NCBI GenBank assembly: GCA_016176285.1
Contig: JACOXM010000002.1
Coordinates: 10,917-74,916, forward strand
DNA: 64,000 nt
DNA from: Candidatus Giovannonibacteria bacterium
GTDB taxonomy: Bacteria; Patescibacteriota; Minisyncoccia; JACPKW01; UBA11713
Direction of reading: 5' to 3'
Shown: positions 46,887 through 55,056 of the stretch, one piece after another
How positions within the stretch are numbered: position 1 is the stretch's first letter
How the letters are laid out: every line of letters starts with the position of its first letter
The notes under the pieces: generated by a model
Databases searched by the model: none
What the model was told of the DNA's origin: nothing
What the model saw: only the letters and a program-made list of their open reading frames with translations
Translations under genes and position numbers: made by a program

Positions 46887-47294
46887 GATACGCCTGTAAG
46901 CCGAATTCTGTTCACCTTCGCTTTTGCAAAGGATCGGCGATCATTTATCTCGAATCCATCTTGCGATGGAAGCTGAAGCGGCACTTCCCACTCGATATAT
47001 CGATATTCGAAATTTCGAGCGGGACACGGCCTTGCACCGGGCAGGGTTTTCCACGATATGGCGTTGCCGACATATCGATCCCGCTTTTAGCGGGAACTTT
47101 TCACCTTTTATCTCGACTTTATATCAAGATTAGTATTGTCTCTGTGGCACTATTCCCGTCCCGACTTGCATCGGGAGGTGGGCGTTACCCACTGCCTTTT
47201 TCATCAACAAGAAGGGATCTTGCCCTCGGCTTGTCGAAGGGTGTTCGGACTTTCCTCTCTAATTTTTTGAATTAGAGCGATCGCCAAGCGTATC
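46887..47294 (-). ncRNA. rnpB: RNase P RNA, bacterial type A
   Basis: The minus strand contains GAGAGGAAAGTCCGAACACCC (the P4 5' strand GGAAAGUCCG) preceded by a P3 hairpin, the 3' conserved GGTGAACAGAATTCGGCTTACAGG (ACAGAAxxCGGCUUA), and a P1 helix GATACGC/GCGTATC. ~410 nt. Two spurious plus-strand ORFs overlap it. Confidence 0.8.
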
Positions 47295-47301
47295 AATTCG
47301 C

Positions 47302-47329
47302 ATTATATACAAAAAACAGAAATTGTCAA
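47302..47329 (-). promoter_or_regulatory. Strong sigma70-like promoter for rnpB
   Basis: Minus strand reads TTGACA (47329-47324), a 16-nt spacer, then TATAAT (47307-47302), ~8 nt upstream of the inferred P1 5' end. Confidence 0.55.
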
Positions 47330-48468
47330 ATCTTCTTAGACCTTCTTAAAAAAGCCGGAATTGAATCCCATTCGGAGCTTTCCGGTTCGGAATTTTCCGC
47401 TTCTTCCGGGGAATTAGATTTTTCAATTCTGGCAAACTGCGAATCCTGGGAAAAAAGCGAAGCGTTTCTGCCGAAACTGTTAGGAAATCCCGAAGCAATT
47501 ACCGTTACTTTAACCTGCCCGTTCTTAAGCCTGTCGTCGCGTACCGCTCCGAAAATAATTTTCGCCTCCTTGTCCACATTTTCCGTTATCAGTTTGGCGG
47601 CTTCCTGCACTTCCCACATCGAAAGGTCTTCCTTTCCTGAAATCGTAAATAAAACTCCCTTAGCCCCTTCGGCGGAAACTTCAAGCAAAGGCGAATGTAT
47701 TGCGAGGCGCGCCGCTTCCTGCGCGCGGTTTTTACCCTGGGAAATTCCAATTCCAATTATTGCCGAACCTGAATTGGATAAAACCGTCCTCACGTCCGCA
47801 AAATCAACATTTATTATTCCCGGCGTTATGATCAAATCCGCAATTCCTTCCACGGCTTGCCGTAAAACTTCATCACACATCGCAAAAGCCTCCAAAAAAG
47901 GAGTGTCTCTTTCGACTATGTTTAAAAGCCGGTCATTGGGGATTACAATCATCGCGTCCACTGCTTTTCGCAAACGCACCAACCCTTCATCCGCAATACT
48001 TCTTCTGACATCTCCTTCGAAAGAAAATGGTTTCGTTACAATCGCAATCGTAAGCGCTCCTAAATTTTTTGCCGTCTCCGCAACAATCGGCGCACCTCCC
48101 GTACCGGTGCCGCCTCCAAAACCGCACGTTACAAATACCAAGTCAGCGCCCCTGACAAGTTCCTCAATTTCGCGCTTTGATTCCTCCGCAGCCATTCTTC
48201 CCAAATCCGGATTCATCCCCGCGCCAAGCCCCCGTGTAACTTCTTTCCCCATATGGAACTTTCTCGTAGCTAGGGAATTGTGAAGATCCTGGGCATCCGT
48301 ATTAATGGAAATAAAGTCCACTCCCTTTACTTTGGAACGAATCATGTGGTCCACTGCATTCTGTCCGGAACCACCGACTCCGATCACTTTTAGCCTTGCG
48401 GCTGTTTCAAATTCTGGCTTAACTTGCGGCATAATATTAAATCGTATACCTAAGAGTAGCCTCCCCAA
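47326..48468 (-). CDS. ftsZ: Cell division GTPase FtsZ
   Basis: Tubulin signature GGGTGTGGAPIVAE and IKVIGVGGSGQNAV. The true start is probably the internal Met (MPQVKPE). Confidence 0.9.
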   Translation of the reverse strand: MGRLLLGIRFNIMPQVKPEFETAARLKVIGVGGSGQNAVDHMIRSKVKGVDFISINTDAQDLHNSLATRKFHMGKEVTRGLGAGMNPDLGRMAAEESKREIEELVRGADLVFVTCGFGGGTGTGGAPIVAETAKNLGALTIAIVTKPFSFEGDVRRSIADEGLVRLRKAVDAMIVIPNDRLLNIVERDTPFLEAFAMCDEVLRQAVEGIADLIITPGIINVDFADVRTVLSNSGSAIIGIGISQGKNRAQEAARLAIHSPLLEVSAEGAKGVLFTISGKEDLSMWEVQEAAKLITENVDKEAKIIFGAVRDDRLKNGQVKVTVIASGFPNSFGRNASLFSQDSQFARIEKSNSPEEAENSEPESSEWDSIPAFLRRSKKI

Positions 48469-48508
48469 AAAAACCAGTCAAGGAGGATTTTTGAATTTAA
48501 TTTTTTAT

Positions 48509-48808
48509 CTATTTTACGCCCAAAACCGTTCTCAAGCGCAAGATTTCTTCTGATATAGCGTGTTCGATTTTGTCCGCGAGTCCGGGAACCCTTACGGCAA
48601 TTTGGGCCACCGTTTCCTCTAGATCAACTCCTTCATGAAGAGCATTTTGAATTTTGACCGCGTCTTCATCCGAAATATTCGAAACCAAAACGCTTATCAA
48701 AACTTCATTGAGCCTCTCATCAACTTTTTTTAAAATCTCCTCCCGGTCGTTCTCCGGAAGTTTTTCGAGATTCAAAGCTTCGGCAAGTTTATTTAGGTTT
48801 CTTGGCAT
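48509..48808 (-). CDS. Hypothetical small acidic protein
   Basis: ORF only. Overlaps the upstream ORF's end by 20 nt on the same strand. Confidence 0.3.
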   Translation of the reverse strand: MPRNLNKLAEALNLEKLPENDREEILKKVDERLNEVLISVLVSNISDEDAVKIQNALHEGVDLEETVAQIAVRVPGLADKIEHAISEEILRLRTVLGVK

Positions 48809-51647
48809 TTCTTCTTTCGTTAATAATATCGCGAATCATTCCTAATCTCGGATTATAAGCTTCTAACATTCCATCGATTCTAATAGTTCTTTCGTCTTTC
48901 TGACCTGCTTTAACATTTTTGTCCGCCGGAATTGCATCTCTAATATCACTTATCAAACCATCCCTCTCCCCTCTAAGTCTTTGCTCTTCAGTGGAAAGAT
49001 CGAGATCACTCATGCTTTCATATCTAGCTTTTTGCTCCGATATTTCTTTTACTCTTTTTTCTTCCAGATCTTTTAGCAATTCCTCCGAACTTTTTTCGGG
49101 TATTTTTTCTTCGTCTGAATTAATAGGTATCTTAACCGTTTTAGACTTTTTTATTTTTATTTGCTCCCTTTTCTTAGTAGCAATTTCGCCAAAAGAAGCC
49201 GTTAATGGCGGGGAATATTCGTTTTTCGTTCCGATATTTATCGCATCCGCAACACCCCTTATCGTTCTTTCCATATCTTTCATTTCTATATCCTTATTTA
49301 TTTTATTATTTTCGATATTAACGGTCTTAGAGTTATAATCGTTTCCCATTTCAGGATTTCTCAAACCCTCGTCTCCTTCGTATGGCGGCGGCTTTTTAAA
49401 TTGCTCATCAATCGTCGCTCCCGAGTCGCCAAGCCCATATTGCGAACCGAACGCATCACCCATTCCCCGCCTTAAGGCGCGCGCTCCGTCCTCGTCTTCG
49501 ATCCTATTCTCAACCTTCAGATCCTTCCCCTCGTTTCCCATATCCGGGCTTCGTGTTTCTTCATCCGGATGAAAGGGGCGCGAAGAAGCCGCTTTTTTAA
49601 AATCGCTGAAGAGTTCCCTATTCATTTTTTTCATCTGATTAAAAAAACCTTTTCTAATTTCCGCGTGATTTTTTAAATAGTTCTGCAAGGGCTGCGGTAT
49701 AGATAGATATATCGGTTTATTTTTTGCATCCTTATTCTTATTAATGACCCATTTTCTTTCCTCCTCCGGAAGCGTTCCATACCACTCAACAACCTCGCCG
49801 TAATTTCCCTTCCTCATATAATTTCCGGACGAGTGATCAAGAACATAATATTCTATGTCCCCCGGCATTAATTTATGAATTTTTCCATCCCGCTCGGTTT
49901 TCAAATCAATATTTTTTCCTTCAAGATATTCATAAAGCGGGTCTTCTTTTACATTATCCAAATACTCATCGGACTCGCGGACGGTTTTCATGGGCTCGTC
50001 GAAGTATGGTTCATCGGATTCAATATCCGATTCTTTCAGATCAATAATCTCTGGTTCCGGTTTTTTCTTTTCCTCTGTTTTTCTAAAACTTTTTACCTTT
50101 TCTTTCGCTCCATTATATATTTCTTTAGTTTCTTCTTTGTACGCGTAAACTCCTGCCGCACCGATTCCCGCCCCGTAAACCAAATACTGCTTCCAATTTT
50201 GAGATAGCCAGGACTCCGCCGCCGCCTCGACTGCTTTTTTCTCCCCCGCACTTGCGTACGCTATTTCCGGAGGAATACTTTTTACCGCTTCTTTCGCCGC
50301 GGCAAGACCCTTTTCCTCTGCCTCCTTTAAAATCGCGCCCGAAAAATCATTTGCGGAGTTATATTTCAGGTCATAATTTGTGACTTCCTCCCACACCCTT
50401 TCTCCAATTTTTGAAACGTATTCATTTTTAATGTGTTCCTTCCCGGCGTCAGTTAATAATTTCGCCTTATCAATCGCGGATGAGATTTCTCCTCCGGTTA
50501 ATTGGAAAGGGTCACCCGGGCGAATAACTTGCCCCCCGAAAAGATTTTTCAGAGAATCTTCGGCGTAAATAAGCTGGCTTTTATCAAGATTTAGATCAAT
50601 GCCCAATTCCTGTTTTTGCGAAATATAATCGTGTATTAATTTTCTTGAAATGTGCGTAAATCCATCGCCCTTATCCGCAACTGCGGTAAAAGTTTCTCCA
50701 TCGAGCCCCGCGGCACCCGCAGATTTTACACCCTCGACAGTTTCTCCGTATGAACTATATGCAATCCCCTTCGTATCTTCGCTGATGTTTTCGCCTATGC
50801 CGCCTGCAATAGCCTCCTTCGGACCCGCGGAAACATCACTATGAGAGAAATAATCCCCGACAATTCCCGCGACGTAAGCCCCTGCCGCCCCAACCACGGC
50901 TCCCTTCAAAGCGCCCTTCGCAACTTTTTTCCATTTATTTGAATCTAGCTTTAATTCTTTTCTAAGACTTTTAAATAAATCCTCCTTTTCTTTGCCCATC
51001 TCCGGCAATATTTTTTCCATCCGCCCCAGCTCCAAATATTTTTCAAGTTTTTCCTTGGTACTGGCGTTTTCCGCGCCGAGGCCATCCACAATTTTTTGAA
51101 GTTCATTCTGATTTTCTGCAAATTCCCGAATTTTCCTAGACTCCCTAACATAAATCTTGCTACCTTCCCAAATCGCGCCGGCGGAAGCTCCCGCGAGGAT
51201 GCCGTAGCCAAAAGCACTATTCGCGATCCATCTTACCGCCGATCCCGCCGCCATGCCGCCTAAAAAAGTTCCTATTTTTGATCCAAAAATTTTTTTCTTC
51301 TCTAATTTGGCAAGCGCTTCCTCCGGATTAAAATTGAAATTTTTAATTTTTTCTTTGGCGTTTTTTCCGAACGCCAAAAAATCTCTACCAAGTTCTTTCC
51401 AAGCCTCTTTTGCCCCTATCCCGAGGCCGCTCTCATCAAAAAAATCTTTAATTTTGCCTTGCGTATTTTTTATTGACGCGAAAAATTTGCCCCACCTACC
51501 ATCCTTTTTTTCTTCCTCGATCCGAAATTCCGCATCCTCGGCGTTATTTTTTTCTTCTTCGGTCAGCGGTTTAACCTTCTCCGCGGCATGTACCCTTTGT
51601 CCTTTTACATCTTCAAAATTATTTGCGTTCGGAGATTCTACTGTCAT
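48789..51647 (-). CDS. Large (952 aa) membrane protein with three Gly/Ala-zipper hydrophobic segments and long charged low-complexity regions
   Basis: Segments GGMAAGSAVRWIANSAFGYGILAGASAGAIWEG, GALKGAVVGAAGAYVAGIVG and YLVYGAGIGAAGVYAY. The rest is K/E/D-rich. No catalytic motif recognised. Confidence 0.4.
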   Translation of the reverse strand: MTVESPNANNFEDVKGQRVHAAEKVKPLTEEEKNNAEDAEFRIEEEKKDGRWGKFFASIKNTQGKIKDFFDESGLGIGAKEAWKELGRDFLAFGKNAKEKIKNFNFNPEEALAKLEKKKIFGSKIGTFLGGMAAGSAVRWIANSAFGYGILAGASAGAIWEGSKIYVRESRKIREFAENQNELQKIVDGLGAENASTKEKLEKYLELGRMEKILPEMGKEKEDLFKSLRKELKLDSNKWKKVAKGALKGAVVGAAGAYVAGIVGDYFSHSDVSAGPKEAIAGGIGENISEDTKGIAYSSYGETVEGVKSAGAAGLDGETFTAVADKGDGFTHISRKLIHDYISQKQELGIDLNLDKSQLIYAEDSLKNLFGGQVIRPGDPFQLTGGEISSAIDKAKLLTDAGKEHIKNEYVSKIGERVWEEVTNYDLKYNSANDFSGAILKEAEEKGLAAAKEAVKSIPPEIAYASAGEKKAVEAAAESWLSQNWKQYLVYGAGIGAAGVYAYKEETKEIYNGAKEKVKSFRKTEEKKKPEPEIIDLKESDIESDEPYFDEPMKTVRESDEYLDNVKEDPLYEYLEGKNIDLKTERDGKIHKLMPGDIEYYVLDHSSGNYMRKGNYGEVVEWYGTLPEEERKWVINKNKDAKNKPIYLSIPQPLQNYLKNHAEIRKGFFNQMKKMNRELFSDFKKAASSRPFHPDEETRSPDMGNEGKDLKVENRIEDEDGARALRRGMGDAFGSQYGLGDSGATIDEQFKKPPPYEGDEGLRNPEMGNDYNSKTVNIENNKINKDIEMKDMERTIRGVADAINIGTKNEYSPPLTASFGEIATKKREQIKIKKSKTVKIPINSDEEKIPEKSSEELLKDLEEKRVKEISEQKARYESMSDLDLSTEEQRLRGERDGLISDIRDAIPADKNVKAGQKDERTIRIDGMLEAYNPRLGMIRDIINERRNAKKPK

Positions 51648-51669
51648 TAATATTATTAAATCACAAAAA

Positions 51670-52056
51670 TCACCCTAAGTCATTCAAATCCTGTGCAATG
51701 CCTTCTTTGATTACGGTCAATTCTTCTTCTGGAACGGAGAGAAGACTTGTAAAAAATTCAAAGCGCTCTTTATCGTCTAAATTCGGGTTTAAAAGCATTT
51801 CTGCTATTTTTTCTCTTTCCTCTTCGAAAATAAAAACTCTATAATTTCCGCTCCGAAGATTACCCACTACCGCCCAAAAATAATTTTCATCGTCCGCCGT
51901 AATTTCTTCGGATAAAATCGTGCCACCTTCGTCCCTCATCAGGGAAACCGGCCCCGAAACCAATCTTTTTATTAAAAAATTGCCACCAAGATTCTCATCT
52001 TTTAAAAAACTCCCCAAATATTTTTCTTCCTTGTCGAATATATATGCTTTCATCAA
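51670..52056 (-). CDS. Hypothetical protein
   Basis: ORF with a 4-nt overlap to the downstream gene, which suggests an operon. Confidence 0.3.
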   Translation of the reverse strand: MMKAYIFDKEEKYLGSFLKDENLGGNFLIKRLVSGPVSLMRDEGGTILSEEITADDENYFWAVVGNLRSGNYRVFIFEEEREKIAEMLLNPNLDDKERFEFFTSLLSVPEEELTVIKEGIAQDLNDLG

Positions 52057-53072
52057 TATAACTTTTTATTAGGATTGCCTAATTTTATTTCGGGAATATT
52101 CTGTTTATTTTCTTTATCAAGGTAATCACCAACAAGCTCTCGATCCTTTTTAGGGAGGGCATTTCCGTAGAATAAACTAACTTTTACTATTTCAGCCCAA
52201 TATTCATTGGTTTTATGCATCAACTCCGCTTTTTTATCCTTATTATTAATTGCCTCCACATATTCGGAAAAGTAGCGATCTTTCGAGGTGACCCTCTCTA
52301 TTGTTCTTGCAAACAAATCGATCCTGGATGGCATATCGCGTCTTCTATTCACCCAGCTATTCGCATGGCCCATTTCATGATGAAGAGTAGCTATGACTCC
52401 AGTTTCGGTCCAATAATTTTTATAATAACTAATTTTAGATCTGTGTTTTTCATTATTGAAATTAAAGTTAGCTATCGGTATTCTTCTTTTGACCCCATAC
52501 TCTTTTAACATTTCTAAATCTTTATTTATAAAATTTATTTCATCCACGCTTTCAATCCACGAATGGGGGAAATGATTTAATTCCTCCTGGATAGTACGGG
52601 GATCAATGCCAATTTTCCCGGCTTCGATGGAATTAATATTTGGAAAATTTAATATCTTATCCTTGAATCTCCCCTTTACTTCTTCATCCTCCCCAGCAGT
52701 TCCAAAATAAATATCAAAATTGTCGCGGCCAATTTTTTTTTCGATATATCTCGCTTGTTTTATAGTTTTTTCGATTTTGTTTCTTTCTTTGACATCCATC
52801 CCGCCTTCTTTAACAGATTTATCCGCGTTTTTCACATATTCCGTAACGCTCTGCTTTTGCCCTAGCATCCCCTCAACGGCCTCCCTATTAAAACCGATAG
52901 TCGCCGGGGATATGAGAGACGAAGCCACATAAATAGAAGAAATTGCCACTGTTCTTGAAATCGCCCTTTTAAACCTTCCTCGAATTGAAGTAATCGCCCC
53001 TTCACGTTTTTCTTTTCCGGATGGCTTTTCCGGTGTTACTGGCGTTATATCTCTAGCATTTTCGAAACTCAT
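52053..53072 (-). CDS. Membrane-anchored putative zinc metallopeptidase (HExxH)
   Basis: N-terminal TM (VAISSIYVASSLISPATIGF) and an ATLHHEMGHANSW zincin-like HExxH motif. Confidence 0.45.
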   Translation of the reverse strand: MSFENARDITPVTPEKPSGKEKREGAITSIRGRFKRAISRTVAISSIYVASSLISPATIGFNREAVEGMLGQKQSVTEYVKNADKSVKEGGMDVKERNKIEKTIKQARYIEKKIGRDNFDIYFGTAGEDEEVKGRFKDKILNFPNINSIEAGKIGIDPRTIQEELNHFPHSWIESVDEINFINKDLEMLKEYGVKRRIPIANFNFNNEKHRSKISYYKNYWTETGVIATLHHEMGHANSWVNRRRDMPSRIDLFARTIERVTSKDRYFSEYVEAINNKDKKAELMHKTNEYWAEIVKVSLFYGNALPKKDRELVGDYLDKENKQNIPEIKLGNPNKKLY

Positions 53073-53073
53073 A

Positions 53074-53325
53074 TCATCTGTAAATGTCTTTTCTATGACC
53101 TAATCTCAAAACAAAAATATTATCGCCGGAAACATCAAAAATAATTCTATAATCCCCGATTCGAAAACGGAATTGCCCAAATTGACTGTCTTTGAGCTGT
53201 TCGGAATAACGAAGTGGATTTTTTTGAGAAATAAAATATTCGAGTTTTGCGCGAATCTGATCTCTTACCTTACGATCGAGCTTAAGCCAGTCTTTTTTTG
53301 CCCGATTCGTAAAAAATACTTTCAT
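53074..53325 (-). CDS. Type II toxin, RelE/ParE family
   Basis: MKVFFTNRAKKDWLKLDRKVRDQIRAKLEYF...FRFRIGDYRIIFDVSGDNIFVLRLGHRKDIY is the canonical RelE/ParE pattern. Start corrected to the Met 4 nt after the antitoxin stop. Confidence 0.75.
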   Translation of the reverse strand: MKVFFTNRAKKDWLKLDRKVRDQIRAKLEYFISQKNPLRYSEQLKDSQFGQFRFRIGDYRIIFDVSGDNIFVLRLGHRKDIYR

Positions 53326-53329
53326 CTTT

Positions 53330-53575
53330 TTATTTATATTTAGTTTTTTTGAAACGTCCCGTTTTAAAGTCGAGTTCAAATAATTTCCCATGTGCTATAT
53401 CCCGCCTTCCTTCTTTTACGGCCTTCTGAAAAGATAAAGAATTTCGCATTTCCTCTTCTTCCATTAATAGTTCCAATTTTTTCCAATCTTTTAGGGAAAC
53501 TATAACTACCGGCTCTCCTTTAAAGTGGGTTTTCTCAATTTTTCTATTTAACATTGTGATGTTTCTCGAAGCCAT
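53330..53575 (-). CDS. Type II antitoxin, Phd/YefM-like
   Basis: GEPVVIVSLKDWKKLELLMEEEE resembles the Phd/YefM core. Sits immediately upstream of the toxin. Confidence 0.6.
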   Translation of the reverse strand: MASRNITMLNRKIEKTHFKGEPVVIVSLKDWKKLELLMEEEEMRNSLSFQKAVKEGRRDIAHGKLFELDFKTGRFKKTKYK

Positions 53576-53670
53576 ATATCAACTATAGACGAAAAATCCC
53601 CCAAAGTCCAACGCGGATTTTTGTCCGCGTCAGAGGGAAATAGAAATCCTCACTCTCAAAACTTATAGAC

Positions 53671-54921
53671 TTATTTTTTTCTCAACAATTCTTTACTTTG
53701 TTTATAATCAGAAACGTGTTTCCTAATTTCTTCCGCGCTCACAGAGCCATCTATTACAGATCCGTCCTTATTGACATCATAAACCCCAAAAGACGTAATA
53801 CCTATAATTTCCGGTTCGCCTTCGCTATCTAATAAGATTAAGGGACCTCCGCTCATTCCCGGTATATTGTCACCCTTTTTAGCAGAAAGGGAGGAGTTAT
53901 TTTCTTCGCTTGGAGGAATGTCAAATACCTGCAATTTTGAAAATCTCTTATCAGCTTTATGTAAAATCGCGTTCGGCTTAGAACGTTCGGTATAATCAAA
54001 TAAGCCTCCTGTGATTTTTTCTTTGCGTTCGAATTCTTTTATGGAAACTTCAAATGGAAAGCCGAAAGGATGCCCCACCGAGGCAAGTTTACTTCCGCGC
54101 TTTAATTTGCCTACGGATTTTTCCGAAGCGATTTTCAAGGCTTTTGCAGTTTCCCCGCCTATAGTTTTTTCAAAATTCTCCTCCGGCTCCACTATAGCGA
54201 GATCATTTGCCTCATCGGAAAAAACCCGTCGTCCTTTAAAATTTTTACCATCGATTGTAAAAAAAGAAAAATCATTTTCGTCGTTCATCGCAACATGATA
54301 ATTTGTAATGATGACTTTGCGTTCGTCCGCATCAATTATCGCTCCGCTTCCAGCAAATTTATTTCCTTTGAATAAGATAACCGTTCCCTTCATAACTTTC
54401 TGTATTCTTTCCATATACCTATGTGCCTCTTTGGGATGACTGTAGATAAACTCCTTTCCTAAAATGATATCCGGCTTCGAAAAATAAGGAACCTCACCAT
54501 TGGCAGCCTTACTAATCGCCAGCATTCTAACCACATCAGGTAAAATTTTGTAAGTCGTTTCTAGCTGCGGAGAAACTTCCAAACCGCCGCGCTCTTCGAA
54601 TGCTTTATTCACACGCTTGAATAACTCCATATTTTCATCGTCCAAAATCGTACGTTCAAATTCTCTTGGGTTCGATTGAGCTACTACGTATTCCTCCGTA
54701 GTTTCCGGTGCTACCGCTTCTTTTTTTGCCGGTGAGAAAACCGTAATTCCCGCCAAAACCAAAGCAGCTCCTAGGCGTGAAATTTTTTTTAAGAATGAAC
54801 CATCTTCAGGTTTTTCTAAAATCTGGGCAAACCTTTCCTTTAATTCAATGATCTCTCTCGACTCCGTTTGTGAATTTCTTTCCGGACCAGTTTCTTGTGG
54901 TTTTTCTGGATTAAACGCCAC
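53671..54921 (-). CDS. Membrane-anchored trypsin-like (S1/chymotrypsin-fold) serine protease
   Basis: Catalytic triad contexts: TNYHVA (His), ANDLAIV (Asp) and GMSGGPLIL (Ser, the GDSGGP-like motif). N-terminal TM. Confidence 0.6.
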   Translation of the reverse strand: MAFNPEKPQETGPERNSQTESREIIELKERFAQILEKPEDGSFLKKISRLGAALVLAGITVFSPAKKEAVAPETTEEYVVAQSNPREFERTILDDENMELFKRVNKAFEERGGLEVSPQLETTYKILPDVVRMLAISKAANGEVPYFSKPDIILGKEFIYSHPKEAHRYMERIQKVMKGTVILFKGNKFAGSGAIIDADERKVIITNYHVAMNDENDFSFFTIDGKNFKGRRVFSDEANDLAIVEPEENFEKTIGGETAKALKIASEKSVGKLKRGSKLASVGHPFGFPFEVSIKEFERKEKITGGLFDYTERSKPNAILHKADKRFSKLQVFDIPPSEENNSSLSAKKGDNIPGMSGGPLILLDSEGEPEIIGITSFGVYDVNKDGSVIDGSVSAEEIRKHVSDYKQSKELLRKK

Positions 54922-55056
54922 TTTCTTCAGTTAAAAATTTATCGATGGCTTCGGCCATCTCCATCAAAGAGATTTCGTCCTTTTTTAATTTCTCTGCCAA
55001 TTCCTTGGAAAGTTTTCTTGCTTCTTCCTCTTTTTTTAAATTTTTCTTGTCCATAA

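Noticed and set aside
46877-47275. ORFs 46877-47275 (+) and 46924-47133 (+) in the GC-rich block after the small HTH gene.
   Set aside because: The region is the RNase P RNA gene on the minus strand, with conserved P4 and 3'-end motifs and a P1 pairing. The ORFs are artefacts of the structured-RNA GC content.
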